Shown: in pieces, positions 24,431 to 38,377 of the stretch | Layout of the letters: the number at the start of each line of letters is the position of its first letter | How positions within the stretch are numbered: the stretch's first letter is position 1 | DNA from: Octopus vulgaris | Lineage: Eukaryota | Reading direction: 5' to 3' | NCBI GenBank assembly: GCA_951406725.2 | Contig: OX597822.1 | Location: 40,982,001-41,046,000, forward strand | Length of the DNA stretch: 64,000 nt | Program-made: the position numbers and the translations under genes | The notes under the pieces: model-generated | Seen by the model: the letters and a program-made list of their open reading frames with translations, nothing else | What the model was told of the DNA's origin: nothing | Database searches by the model: none

Positions 24431-26119
24431 GTATTTTTTATATCTGAAGCTCTAAATGATTCTGCTAATTTCACCGTTCTCTTTAATCGACAAAGACAAA
24501 AACAAAAAAAAAATCAGTTTGTTACAGAGAGAGTGGTGGGGAAAGTGGTCAGGTTCTTTTTTCAGGGGTGTAGCCTCTAATGATTGCTACAGTAGCACCT
24601 AACAAAAGGCAGGATCCAGGAGGAGAGTTTACACTGAGTAATAAATTCCGTCTCCCACTCTAGAAGAGGTACCATCCACCTGAGACATCCACAGTTTCTG
24701 TCTACAAAGTCATTGGTAATAAACACAGTTCCCCCAAGTGATATTGAACACAAAACCTCGGAATCCATTCTTTTCACATTTGCTTTTTGATTTTTTGATT
24801 TTTTTTTTGTTTTTTTTTTTATTTGGGGGTGGGGTGCTTTTTGCATAATTAATGAATATGGAGATTAATAGTAGTTTGGTGAGACGAAACGGAGGTGAGT
24901 TTACTTGGAAATAAAACTGTGGGTGTCATTCTACAGAGACAGATGACTGTGGAAAGAGAGGAGGAGGAGTGGTGGGTTTGTGTATAGAAAACAAAAATAA
25001 ATTCAGAAATAAACACACACAACACACACACACACACACACATCAAAACTGAAAACAAAAACAAAACAGGTGAATACTGAGGGGGTGGGGACGGAACTGT
25101 CAACTGCAGACAGGTTTGTGCAATGGGGCAGAAGGGCCGGGAGGTTTGTATAGTGAGGCGGTGCTGTAGATTACTAGAGAAGGGAAGGCGGTGCAGCGGG
25201 GACAGTTATGGAGGTTGTTAGTGGAGACCCAGCTGGTTTGACCCAACGTTGTTAAAATTAAAACAAAAATTGACACAACCGTCATAATCGGATTTGATAT
25301 TTGACCTCAAGCAAAGCAGAATTGACCTCTTCACATTAAACACGCCGCACGCTGCTGCTGCTGCTGCTGTTGTTGCTGGGTCACCCACCTCACCTGAAAC
25401 CTGTCGCCTTCATTTCTCTTCCTGAGCGTATGTGTGCGCGCGAGCGAGCGAGCGAGCGATAGAAGTCGTCGTTTAAAGAAAGAAAAGAAAAGAACGGAGT
25501 TTGTGACAAAAGAGAGCAGTTGTGTGACGACGGTGAGGGCGCGAGGGAAGTAATAGGAGAGAAAGGAAGATATGAGAGAGCGAAGAGAGAGAGAGAGATT
25601 TATGTTAAAGAGCTCAAAAAGGGGAGATAAGGAAAGATATGGGGGGAGAGTGACTAGAGAAAGAGGTTAGTATGCGTGTCTACAGTAAAACAGGTTTTGC
25701 TATTTACTTAGTCCTCTTCGCTACCACCGCCACCCATGTCCTAGCTATCCTCTGGCGGCTCCCTTTGTATTGTATCCTCTGGCGGCTCCGTTATTATTAT
25801 CATCATTAGTGTTATTAGTATCATAAATAAAAATAAAATAAAATATTTAGAATTTACAAACCATTATTATTGTTGTCATAACATTTTAATGACGTTAGGT
25901 CACTGAATGCAATGGCAATTTTTGCATTGTATCCCTTACTAAGAATTGAACTCCCCTTTTACAATCACGCACATCCCTGTTGATGTAAGCCTTGTTTGCG
26001 ATGTTGTTGTAGATCACTCGGCTGTCTTGTAGATGGTTTTTAAACTACATTCGATAGAGGGGCCCCAGCGCGCGAGTTCAGGGTTTTGAGCACCGGAGTT
26101 GTAACATCGTTGAAGTAAC

Positions 26120-26708
26120 GGTACTTTTTGGTTATCTCACCCCCATTAAAAAATTGCCATTAAGAAATTGGGTTATTTCTCCCCTAAAAAGTTGAGTTAA
26201 TGTGGAGACAAGAGATTGAATTAAAAGGGTTGGATCCTTTTGATTCAATACTTCAGTACATTGTTGACGTTTGGCCTCCTCGATAGACATGATATGGCGT
26301 GGATTCGATCCTCGATCGCCAAGATGGCATCTGGTAAATATAACTACTGTCACTCACAGAAAAAACTCTTGTTTTACCGTGGGAAAAGCGTTGCTGAACA
26401 GTTAAGTGAAATTTGGCGATCGAGGATTGAACCCACGTCATGCCTGCATGAAGCCACTACAGATTCAATAAGATGTTTAAATCTTTTCAGTTATCAATCT
26501 TATTTTTTTCCCCCCGTTTTCATGTTTACCCTTTTACTTGTTTCAGTCATTTGACTGCGGCCATGCTGAAGCACCGCCTTTAGTCGAGCAAATCGACCCC
26601 AGGACTTATTCTATCGATATCTTTTACTGAAAACACAACAGCATCGGTTGTCAAGCAATATTGGGAGGGGGGACAAACGCGGATGCACAAACATATACAC
26701 ACACGTAC

Positions 26709-26742
<34 letters not shown>

Positions 26743-27045
26743 AACATATATACGACGGGCTTCTTTCAGTTTCCGTCTACCAAATCCACTCGCAAGGCTT
26801 TGGTCGGCCCGAGGCTATATAGTAGAAGACCCTTGTCCAAGGTGCCACGCAGTGGGACTGAACCTGGAACCATGTTGTTGGTAAGCAAGCTACTTACCAC
26901 ACAACTTTTCATTTTTTGTTTTTATTTTATTAAGAGTTAAACAATTTCTTTAGTTGGGGGAGATAACCACAAGTACCGATATTTTTCATAAAACGGGGGA
27001 GATAATCCAATTTTTTAATGGGGGTGAGAAAAACCAAAAAGTACC
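26120..27045. mobile_element. Merlin-like non-autonomous DNA transposon with nested SINE A (26532-26903, -)
   Basis: ~37-bp TIR GGTACTTTTTGGTT.T.TCACCCCCATTAAAAAATTG; degenerate 8-bp TSD GAAGTAAC/GAATTAAT; subterminal GGGGGAGATAA repeats. Confidence 0.78.
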
Positions 27046-27934
27046 GAATTAATTAGCATATCTGGGGTTGCCTACCTATGCATGTAAAAACCAGAACCCC
27101 GAAAGATGCATCAATAGCTCAACCAAAGAGAAGACAGCTGTGAAGTGCAAAGAGCAAGGCAAGTTAAGATACCTTGGCCATCCACAGTATTTCTTTGTCT
27201 TGTTATCTGGATTATATAGCGTTGCTATTATGCAAAAGTGTTGTAAGTCCAAAACGTTGCTTTTCCAGAAAACGAAGAAATAGTTTCACCATTTCATAGT
27301 AAAACCGTTGTACTACACTTTGGCAATTTTGATATCTTGGCTTCTGAAGCAGCTGGAGATACGATAGTTTGACCAAAAGAGACGTCTCTAACGTGTGAGT
27401 GTGTGTGTGAATGTCACAATATGTATGTGTGCGTTCATGGGTGTCTCTCAATGTGTGTAGGTGTGTACGTGGGTGAATGTCCACCAGTGAATGTCGCAAG
27501 TCAGTGACCGCACAACACATTTATAATATACCACCACCATAACCTACTACTACTACTACCACCACCACCACTACTATCCCCACCACCATCACCTACTACT
27601 ACCACCACCACCACCATCCCCAAGTAGGTGAGAGGTGGGAGGAATTTGCATTTGTGAGAGTATTTCATATATTAGCTTTACTCCCTGCTGTGTGTGTGAC
27701 AGCGCTTGACGTGTGTGTGTAGGAATGTCCACTCCTATTACCAACGAACACACCAACACCCATGAGTCAGTCGGCTTTGTAAAAAAATTGCTAAATGAAA
27801 AACTCAGAGTAGCGGCGGGATGAGGTTTTCACTTTGATACAAGTAAATAAATGAACTCTACATGTAATTAAGTCGCTCGTATGTATGTATGTATGTCTTC
27901 TATTGTTGAATTATTATAAATCTTCCACTGAAGA

Positions 27935-28120
27935 AGGACAGACAAAGGGATTAAGTCGATTACATCGACTCCAGTGCGTAACTGGTACTTAATTTATCGA
28001 CACCGAAAGAATGAGAAGCAAAGTCGATCTTGGCGGAATTTGAATTCAGAACGTAACGGCAGACGAAATGCCACCAAGCATCTCGGCCGGCGTGCTAACG
28101 TTTCTGCTAGCTCGCCGCCT
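27935..28120 (-). mobile_element. SINE family B
   Basis: The head ...CGTGCTAACGTTTCTGCTAGCTCGCCGCC is present. Confidence 0.82.
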
Positions 28121-28667
28121 TCCTATAGACTAAATACTAAAACAGGTATTGAGATGAGGTCTTTCTTCAGAGCGCTGTCAAACACAGCCATGAAAATATG
28201 AATTGTTTTTCATTAACAACACCACTGTGGATATATATACGTTTTATATAAAGAATGTCTCAGATAACTTCGTGGCGACTAATGAGAAGTCGGTCTGTCT
28301 GCTGAAAGAGGTTGCCGTACGGTGGAGCGATTTCAAAGCGTTTAGAACAAGACTCGTTATATCTGCGACAATCAAATCCTCTTCAGCTTCAAATATCACA
28401 AGAAACGGAAGGTGAGAGGGGGAAAAAAAAAAGAAGCATTGCCTTCATTCATATTTGAGTAAAAGATTAGGTATAACTTGTGACACTGCTGCTTGAAATC
28501 TACGTGGATGTTGGATTTGAGAGTGGAAGGTGGTCGCTGTCTTAACTACCTCGGTACTCACTAGGTGGCAGTTCCTACGGCTTTGTCGCAGCTAGCTTTG
28601 TTTATATTTTATACGAAGAATGTTTTTCCATGTTGTACAACGTGTTTTGCCAAGTCTCACTATTATA

Positions 28668-28900
28668 CAGGGTGTTCAAAAAGTCTCTCCGCAGTTAATG
28701 TTTTTGTTGTTTTTTTTTTCCTCCTCCAAGATGTATTTCAAAGCATGTGCAAGAGAGGCAATTTGTGTATTTAAAATAAAGGACGACACTTTCAACACCT
28801 CTTGTAAAGTCTAATATATTCTTTTGTAGTCTTATACCATCTGATAAATATTTATTTTACAATAAAATACTTACTGCGGAGAAACATTTTGAACACCCTG
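28668..28900. mobile_element. Tc1/mariner MITE
   Basis: TA|CAGGGTGTTCAAAA...CTCCGCAGT ... ACTGCGGAG...TTTTGAACACCCTG|TA. Confidence 0.9.
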
Positions 28901-28911
28901 TACATACATAG

Positions 28912-29312
28912 AGGCACAGGCATGGCAGTGTGGTAAGAAGCTTGCTTCTCAACCACATGGTTCCGGGTTCAGTCCCACTGCATGGCACCTTGGGTGAGTG
29001 TCTTCTACTATTGCCTTGGGCCAACTAAAGCCTTGTGAGTGGTTTGGTAGGCGGGAACTGAAAGAAGCCCGTCGTATATGTGTGTATGTGTGTGTCTCTT
29101 TGCCCCCCACCCCACCCCCGCCATCGCTTGACAACCGATACTGGTGTGTTTATATCCTCGTTACTTAACGGTTCGGCAAAAAGCGATCGATAGAATAAGT
29201 ACTAGGCTTACAAAGAATAAGCCCCCAGGTTCGAATTCTTCGACGAAAACCCTTTAAGGCGGTGCTCCAGCATGGCCGCAGTCAAATGACTGAAGCAGGT
29301 ACAAGACTAAAA
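28912..29312 (+). mobile_element. SINE family A, full length
   Basis: Both arms are colinear with the 4897 copy. Confidence 0.88.
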
Positions 29313-29371
29313 GAAAACACCTAACTCGTTTGCTTGTAATCATTTTGTATAAATTGTTTTATAAGTATCGG

Positions 29372-29524
29372 ATGGTGGTTGACGAACTCGGAACCACCTC
29401 AAAACACATACACAAACAAAATTGACATGAGATGTTGCAGCTAGCAGACATCATGTGAAGTAGACATTGGGCGGCGGCCATACTCGGAACAGCGTACAAG
29501 TTGAGGAAGGCACTACGCATTTTC
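29372..29524 (+). mobile_element. Decayed C-terminus of an R4-like non-LTR retrotransposon ORF
   Basis: One frame gives MVVDELGTTSKHIHKQN*HEMLQLADIM*SRHWAAAILGTAYKLRKALRIF, resembling VVGALG...AILGTA.ILRK.L. Confidence 0.55.
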
Positions 29525-30653
29525 GTCGACCCCCCTCCACCATCACCACCACCATCTCCACCCCTTCCCACTTTCTTTCCACTCTTTTGAAATGTCAAAT
29601 CGCTAAACAGTTTCGATTCCTGCGAGCATCAAACTAATGACTCTGACCGTGAAATCATTCCGTCCTGTTTTCGTTTTTCACCATAGTGAATGTGTGTGTG
29701 TGTGTGTGTGTGTGCGTGTGCGTGCGTCAGAGACAGTCACTCAGAGAAAGAGTGATTAAAACGTTGATATCGATTTTGCTCTTCATTTTACTCCTAGGTC
29801 GATAAGATAACCAAACAAAATATTTTTAACCCTTTGAACGCAGAAAACCGAATATACCCGCTCGAAATTTTATCATCGTAACCTGCGGAAAGCGGAATTA
29901 CCTAATGGCTTTCAAAAATAAAATCTCCTTACGTTGCTAAAAGCCAAGGCTCTCTTTCTTCTGCTCCCAATGACACTCTTTGCAGATTGAGGCTTTTCAG
30001 ATTTTCTGATTTCACATATTTCATCAGATATCTCTTAACAGAGCAAGAATCAAATGCTGTTTTAGCGGTGGATATAGAAATCTTGCCTACAGGAGATAAC
30101 GATAAAGCATTGCAGAAGCAGAAAATACCAACTCTACTTTTTCTTGGTTAACTAACATCATTACGGGAACAACCGTGAAATTTAATTACGCAGTCAATAC
30201 CGTAATGTCCTGGGTGTGTTTCTAAAGATATATATGGTTTTACAAGGGCTGTTATTTAGTCAGGGATCAGCAATGTTTGAAAAATATAAAAACCCATCAT
30301 GAGATATTTCCACCATCAACCCATCGTGTAGATTTACAAATTCCATTGGCCAACAAGTCCTTCTTAGAAGAGAGAGTAATTTGCACTTTTAGGCATTTGG
30401 TAGCTATTTCTAACAGGTCGTAGGTATCTGCTCTATTATATAAGAATCTGAGGCTATATATATATATTAGTGATCTCACGTAAAATTAGTTTAAAAAGTA
30501 GAAGTATGCCATCCCATCTTCCTACAGTAATCAGCCGTTTAGAAGTTCACACAACCAGCAATAGTTTTAACCAATGTTATAATGTTTCGTAAAAGCGCAT
30601 CCCTATAAAACATGCTCGTTCACGCATCCACATTCTCAGCCTCTTACGCTTAC

Positions 30654-30686
<33 letters not shown>

Positions 30687-33600
30687 GTGTGTGTGTGTGT
30701 GTGCAAGCGTGTGAGAGTGTGTATATGTGTGTATGTCGTGGGGGGGTATTAGAATCAGCAGTAGCACTGGCGACTTCATAACGTTTAGCTGACATCATCA
30801 CCATCATATAACCATCATCATCATCACCACCATCGCCAGCTTTGTCATCGTATAACCCCCTCGCCTACACCCTTCAACCCACCCCTCCCTCTCTCTCTCT
30901 CTCTCTTTCTCTTCAACTAACCCACTCTGTCTGCTCTCTTCCTCCTCCCGCCCCTCTCACACATCATCCACCCCAACCTCTGAGCCTGGAAACTTTCATC
31001 AGTTTTATGAAATGAGCCAAAAAATTGGAAAATAAAAACTTTCAACTTAAGTTTTCTCTTTCTTTGATGTGTAAACACGGGGAGGCACACATGCGTGTGT
31101 GTTGGTGGGGAGGTAGTCACACATATACATATATAATTATGTATACACACACAGACACACATACATTATATATATATCACTTATGTTTGCTTAATGTAAA
31201 TTTTTAGTAATATAAGACAAACACGTTAGTAAGTTATCTGTGTGCGTGTGCATAGTGCATTACATACACATAGTGTGTGTGTGTGTGTGTACGTTTTCCT
31301 ATCCATACTTTTTCTTCTCTTATTATTCCCATGCTCTTTCTCCCCCACCCCTAAAATAATTGAATGTGTGAGTATTTACAAATAATGCATGTGTGTGTGC
31401 ATGTATGTATGCTGGTGTGTAAGGCATGTGTGCGTGTGTAAGGTATTTGTGTGTGTGGTGTGTGAGCGTGCCTCTTTATGTGTAAAGGATTTATGCATTC
31501 TGTCAATCAAACCAGATCGAACCCTTAGTAATTTCAGCAGCTCTCCTACGCCGGAGAAACTTCTACATGGATGCTCTAGCTACCAGAAATAGCAGCCAAA
31601 ACTTCTTTGTTACACACAACTTTCCGTTAAAAAAAAAAAAAAACGCACTACGATTGAAAAATTGAAGATCAATCGAGATGGTCATGGCTAAAATATCTTT
31701 TGCTGAAACGCCTGCTCGATCATGGTTGACATCGAAGCTAAACAACAACAATAACAAGAACATCAAATTTTATACAAAGAGGGTGTAAATAGAATGCCTG
31801 TATACGTGTTCACATGCGTATATGTACGTATACAAACGAGACGGTGTATATATGTGTGTGTTTTGTACACATATATTATTTTGTCTTTTCCCCATTTCTC
31901 TCTCAAACAATAAACGAATACTTTTCAAAAAACAAAAAAATACAAATAACAACGACAGCCAGATAGCAAACAACAACAATATGATGAATAATGATAAAAC
32001 AACAACCCCTCGATGGTAAATATAATTACATCTGAAATAATTCCTGCAAAACATCTTTAGGTGTGAAATTTCTCTTCCTTTGAAGACAAAAACGAAAAAT
32101 ACACACACAAAAATTTTCACTTCATATATTGTCTTTTGCAGGGTTTTTTTTTTTCCATTTATCTCTTTTGGTGGTGTTGTTTTTATTAATGTTTCATTAT
32201 CGTTGCCCTCCACCCACCCACACACACACACCCGACTCTCCTTTCCTCTTTTCCTACATCTCACTATCTCTCGTGTTTTATATTGATGTCTTACTCTCTT
32301 GCTTACACCGTTATTTGTTTTTGTACACTAGCTTTCCCCGTCAGACACCTCCAGCTTTCAGTTTCTCCAATTTTCCTTTAAAGAAAATGACTAATGCTTG
32401 TTTATTTGCTTGCGTTTTTATCTATATTTTTAATTGGTTCTTTCAGATGGGAAAATGAGAATTGGAAGATTAGATAAAATATTTAAACGCAAAACACACA
32501 CACACACACACACAAATACGTGTGACTGTATAAGTAGATGTATATGTATAAATGTGTGTTGAAATGTACAAACAAATAATTATTCAAAATTCTTCTTTTT
32601 TTTTTTCAAATTCACTCTAGCAATAAATAGATTGCTTGAGTCATTCTACAACAGTGCGTCGGACAAAGTGCTTTACTGTATTTCTTGATGTCCTTTTGGG
32701 TTCTGAATTCAAATACCGCTGTGATCAACTTTATCTTTCATCCTGCTGGAGTCAAGAACTACTGCGATTGATATGTATTCGCATAATTAACCCTCTCAGA
32801 CCTGAGCCCCTGCGTCTAACACTTGAGCTCCCGAGCAAGAGAGTCCATAGCTGCATATACAGCTCAAGAGTAACGCAAAACCCACGTGGTTGAGAAACAA
32901 GCTTCTTACCACAGATTCGGCCGCATCTTCTTTTTCTACGTCTGTTGTTTATTATGGCTTTACCGGGAACCCAGCAGAAATGACGTTCAGCCTATTCCCG
33001 CTACAGCGGGAATACGGCGTGACAGGGTTAACGGCAAATGTTAATGAATAAAAGAACGTAAAACCTAAAAGCAAACATCTTACTGGTCTACTATGACCAG
33101 CTGGTTTAGTGGAACAACAATTCCAGTGTTCACCAATCATTCTCAATTCAGTTTAATTTCCTTACTATCGACCTCACTTAATTTTAAGTGTGCTTCTTCA
33201 ATCACTGTTGTCTAAACAACAGCTTGGTCTCCACATAGAGGAAATCCTACAAGCCAGACATTCTAGTCATAACCACCCTGTCTTATTTGAATAGAATGAC
33301 TAAGACATTATTGAGTCTTTCTTCACCTTTCTAAGACGCAAGGGTTGAAGGAAAAAGATTTGGCTACTATTTCTAGCAAGTCAACTTATCACAGGTTTCC
33401 CACGTTTGTTGATACATATAAGATTGATTTGAGGGAGATTTGGCTGCTACTTCTAACAGGTCGATTTCATCAGGAAAGGCCGTACATTGATACATTACGT
33501 TACATTTACATACAGAACACAGAAGAGCATCGTTTCAGAAAAAGCTTGGCTGCTATTTGTAACAAGTCTAACTTCGACACAAATGTTTCCTTCGTTGGAT

Positions 33601-33699
33601 GATATGACAGGACGAGGATTTGGCTATTATTTCTATCAAGCAGAGATCTTAGACACTTGTCCAAGGTGCTGCGCAGTGGGACTGAACGTAAAACCATAT

Positions 33700-33778
33700 C
33701 GTTATACTAATACATCCGTTTGTCTTCTACACTACCTGTCTTCGTCTTTTGTTTGTTTTTCTGTGAATTGCCCCTATA

Positions 33779-33811
<33 letters not shown>

Positions 33812-34074
33812 ACAATGATAAATCTCAGAGCGAGTTATAAACATTTCCTAGCTCAAAGTGGCGAGCCCTGTCCTATGCTCGGCTCAAAAACAATGACCCA
33901 AGAGACTGTAATACTCAATAGTATATACTATAGATCGCTAGCCACTACACATTCTTTATTTTCTTTCCTTGTTCCTTTCTGTGGAAGAGCGTAGGCTCGA
34001 AACGTTAAAGACTTATTCACTACCCGAGCGTTATACTAATACATCTGTTTGTTTTCTACACCACCTGTCTTCGT
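33700..34074 (+). mobile_element. PLE-type non-autonomous element with 45-bp direct repeat and variant hammerhead
   Basis: GTTATACTAATACATC.GTTTGT.TTCTACAC.ACCTGTCTTCGT at 33701 and 34030; hammerhead-like motif at 33975-34010. Confidence 0.7.
33975..34010 (+). ncRNA. Hammerhead-like motif with non-canonical core
   Basis: CUUU-CUGUGGA-A-GAGC-GUAG-GCUC-GAAA-CG-UU-AAAG. Stems I and II are perfect; A6 is replaced by U. Confidence 0.65.
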
Positions 34075-34076
34075 AT

Positions 34077-34123
<47 letters not shown>

Positions 34124-34793
34124 AATAGTACAGAAGTAAAACTTTACAATACACTTTCTGTGCGGCCCACTACCAAATGATCATTGGACCAGTGAATGTT
34201 TACGGCCGGTGGTTGAGGACTCCTGTTCTAAGGGACACATTTTTAGATGAATGGAATGATCACGGTTGTGATGTCTTTAATCTTAGATATGCTGGCTCAA
34301 AATTGACCTGGCCTGGGGCTAAAGAACATTAGCGAGCGCGCGTGTGCGTGTGCGTGATCTTGGGAAAAGGAATTGGCTTGATGTAAAACTGAAAATAAAT
34401 CTCGAAGCGATTAAACCGAAACATTCAAACGTCGGATAGAAATGACTGGGGTGGGGTGGGTGGTAGAGACGATAAAGTAGCGGGATGAAGGAAGGAGGGG
34501 ATGGAGGGAAAACATGGGTAATTGTGGGTGGGAGGGTGTATGGGGGGGGAGAAGGAGGAGGGGAATAAAAGAAACAGAGACAGAGAGTAAGAGAGATTAA
34601 ATATGGTCTAAGTGGAGGGTTGATGGGTGGGAGGTGGAATTGGATTGGAGAACTAAGAGACGTTCTGCGAAGATTTGTGCCGAGCTTAGCAGCAGTAGCA
34701 TCAACGGTAGTGGCCATGTTCGTTTGGTTGATAAAATCAAAAACTCCAGAAGCGGATCCATCTTACACATTCATATTACACAGATACAATCGA

Positions 34794-34998
34794 ATATATA
34801 CATACATACATACATATCGTATATATATATATATATATATATATATACGTGTATATATATACACACACACATACACATATATATACATATATGTATATAT
34901 ATATATACACATATACACACACATATATACATATATACATATATGTATATATATACACACACATATATACATATATATGTATATATATACACACACAC

Positions 34999-35047
<49 letters not shown>

Positions 35048-35279
35048 TATACATATATGTATATATATATACATACACACACATATACATATATGTATAT
35101 ATATACTACACACACATATATATATAAACATATATGTGTATATATATATATATATATACACATATATATATATACATATATGTGTATATATATACGTACA
35201 TACATACACATGTAGATGCTACTCTTGCATACAAACAAAAAATGTATAGTTTCTTGTGTGCGTGCGGATAATGTGTGTG

Positions 35280-35330
<51 letters not shown>

Positions 35331-35449
35331 ACATCCAAACACGGATATTTATATAGATATATTTATATATACTCACACACATACAAACACACACCATGTA
35401 CATATAAATACACACATTATATATAACACACACATCTTTACGCATACAT

Positions 35450-35507
<58 letters not shown>

Positions 35508-35520
35508 CGCTATATACATA
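34794..35520. repeat. Long compound (TA)n/(CA)n microsatellite
   Basis: Almost pure alternating purine-pyrimidine; source of the spurious 100-260 aa ORFs. Confidence 0.95.
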
Positions 35521-35843
35521 AATTATACACACGCGTGCGCAAGCACACACACATTTCTTGAAACCCTAGTTTCCCGTCTAAGCACAACTAATTGAATTTT
35601 CTCTTGGCTTCAAAACTTCATCGCTTGCCTTAGCCTGCCTGACTACACACACACACACACACACACTAACACCACAAACGCACACACACTAACACGCACG
35701 CACACACACACACACACACTCACGAATACGCGCGCGGTTTCGAATGCCTAAGGTCGCGACGAGAGAAATGGTAGAAGCGACGTTTTTGATGGCTGGGGAA
35801 TGAAGAAATGGCACCAGCAGCAATTAAAAAGGATATTGTCGAT

Positions 35844-35900
<57 letters not shown>

Positions 35901-36084
35901 GAGAGAAATAATAATAATAATAATGATAATAATAATAACAAGAAGAATTTTTTCTGTATTTGCCATATGGGCAATCAGGATGACAACATTACGTACAAAA
36001 CGATACAATCCAACAAAGAAACATGTAAAATACAGAAATAATGTAACACGTTTAGCATTAAATATCTTAGAGTGTGTGTGTGTA

Positions 36085-36135
<51 letters not shown>

Positions 36136-36207
36136 GTGTGTGTGTGAGTGAGTGTATGTATATGCATGTGTGTATATATATACGTGTGTGTGTTTATTTT
36201 TCCCTTT

Positions 36208-36655
36208 ATTCTTTTATTCGCTTCAGTCATTTGACTGCGGCCATACTGGAGAACGGCCTTTAGTCGAACAAATCAACCTCGGGATTTTATTCTTTGTAAA
36301 CCTAGTACTTATTCAATCGGTCCGTTTTGCCGAACCGCTAACTTACGGGGACGTAAACACACAAACATCAGTTGTCAAGCGATGGATAGGGGACAACACA
36401 GATACACAAACATATATATATTCTCTTTCTCTTTTATCTCTTGTACAGAAGCACAAACATATACACACACACATATATATATATATATACATATATACGA
36501 CGGGCTTCTTTCAGTTTCAGTCTACCAAATCCACTCACAAGGCTTTGGTCGGCCCGAGGCTATAGTAGAAGACACTTGCCCAAGGTGCCATGCAGTGGAA
36601 CTGAACCTGGAACCGTGTGGTTGGTAAGCAAGCTACTTATCACACAGCCACTCAT
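36208..36655 (-). mobile_element. SINE family A, full length
   Basis: Both arms, reverse orientation. Confidence 0.88.
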
Positions 36656-36661
36656 GCAATC

Positions 36662-36716
<55 letters not shown>

Positions 36717-37484
36717 GACGTGTTTCTTTCAGTTTTTGTCTACCAAATCCACAAATGGGCGGCCAATACCTGATAAACATGTTGCGCCCTTTATCACTAG
36801 ATCAACCCATTTAGTGATAGATTTAAATCTCTCGCTCGATTTAACACCTTTACCTGGTCGATATGGGTTATCTTTAGCAGAATGCAATGTATCATTCGAA
36901 CCAGCTTCACCAGAACATCCAGAAGTCTTGATGCTGTTTCCTACTGCAATGAGCCAGTTGCTACTTCTTTATCCTTCCAAAGGTCCGACAAGAAAATGGT
37001 GGAATTTGCCTTTTCTCTCCTCTAACACATATCAGACACTCAAAGACCATAAACTAAGTTTCCACAACACTACATATAACTGATAATGAGCACTAATTAG
37101 ATGTCGAAGGCTACGGGCCTCGACCTTTTTTTTTAGATCAGCTTCGCCAAGAATGCAGAGGTCTAATAGTCTACGGGTTGAGCCCTTCTGCTCTAGATCA
37201 ACAACACAGACAGATCTTTATTTATATTGAGCTTCATGATTAAGTGCATGAGAACTGCATTACATTTAAACATTATATTCCTCACATACAATAATACACT
37301 TTAGATATTTCTTTACAATTGCCTTCATTTGTCATTATACATCCACAGGCTCACACACACACACACACACACCATCCGATTTTCTGAGTACCTCATTTAT
37401 TCTAATATAAAATACCTGTACATCATCTCCAAACCTTCCAATACATACTGTACATGTATATATGCACACATACAAACACACATT

Positions 37485-37554
<70 letters not shown>

Positions 37555-37623
37555 TATACACATATACGTATATATATACAAACACACACACACACATATA
37601 TATACACACACAAACACTCACAT

Positions 37624-37657
<34 letters not shown>

Positions 37658-38377
37658 AAGAGAGACTAGTCAGGTTTCACAGATGTAAGACTAGATACTC
37701 AGGTGAGTAGCTATCAATTACAAAGAGTAGAGAAAAATGTGACAGTGTTACTAAGTACACACACACACACGTCTTCTCTCTTTCCTTATCTGTCATACAC
37801 ACACACACGTTCGTCTCCCCTCTCTCCTAATCTCCCTCTCACTCACACACACACACAAGGACGTGTACTTTCCTCCCCTCCATCTCATTTTTCGTAACGA
37901 TTGGGACCGGGGAGATGTGTGGGAGTTAAAGGGGGTCACGATTGTTGTTGTTTAAGTTATCATTTAGCCCTAGGCCATCCGTAATTGCACAAGTCTATGA
38001 TCAAAACATTCTCATCCATGACCAGCCTATATTTTCCGTATATCAAGTATTATACTATTAGCTAATGCGTCGTGTGATTCGCAGGAAATTCGGCTACTCT
38101 GTCGAACAACCTTGTAGAGGGCCCCCTACATTTAGCACATCGTAGACTGAACCAGAAATCTCCAGCTGAACCAGAATATTCGAGTGAACTACGAGCACAG
38201 ATAGATGTGTTCGAATTGACTAATTCACCTTAGAGTCAACACCATCACCACTACCACCACCACCAACTATATCAGCTGACTCAGGTTAATATCCAAAGAA
38301 GCTGAAAGACTTTATATCACTTTCAACCTCTTTCAACCTAGAACTGGCATGATTTACATGGGATGTTACTCTTGTCC

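Noticed and set aside
25100-25285. 61-aa signal-peptide-like ORF as a CDS
   Set aside because: No good splice donor or recognisable domain; mentioned only within a regulatory-block finding.
27688-27709. 19/22 match to miR-210-3p (CTGTGTGTGTGACAGCGCTTGA)
   Set aside because: Mismatch in the seed, no complementary arm nearby, and partly a (TG)n repeat.
34620-35595. Long ORFs (up to 259 aa) rich in I/Y/H/T/C/V, and similar ORFs throughout the window
   Set aside because: Translations of dinucleotide microsatellites, which lack stop codons.
37683-37702. Plus-strand 20-nt mini-exon with CAG|GTGAGT donor
   Set aside because: Upstream sequence is purine-rich with no polypyrimidine tract, and there are no supporting plus-strand exons.
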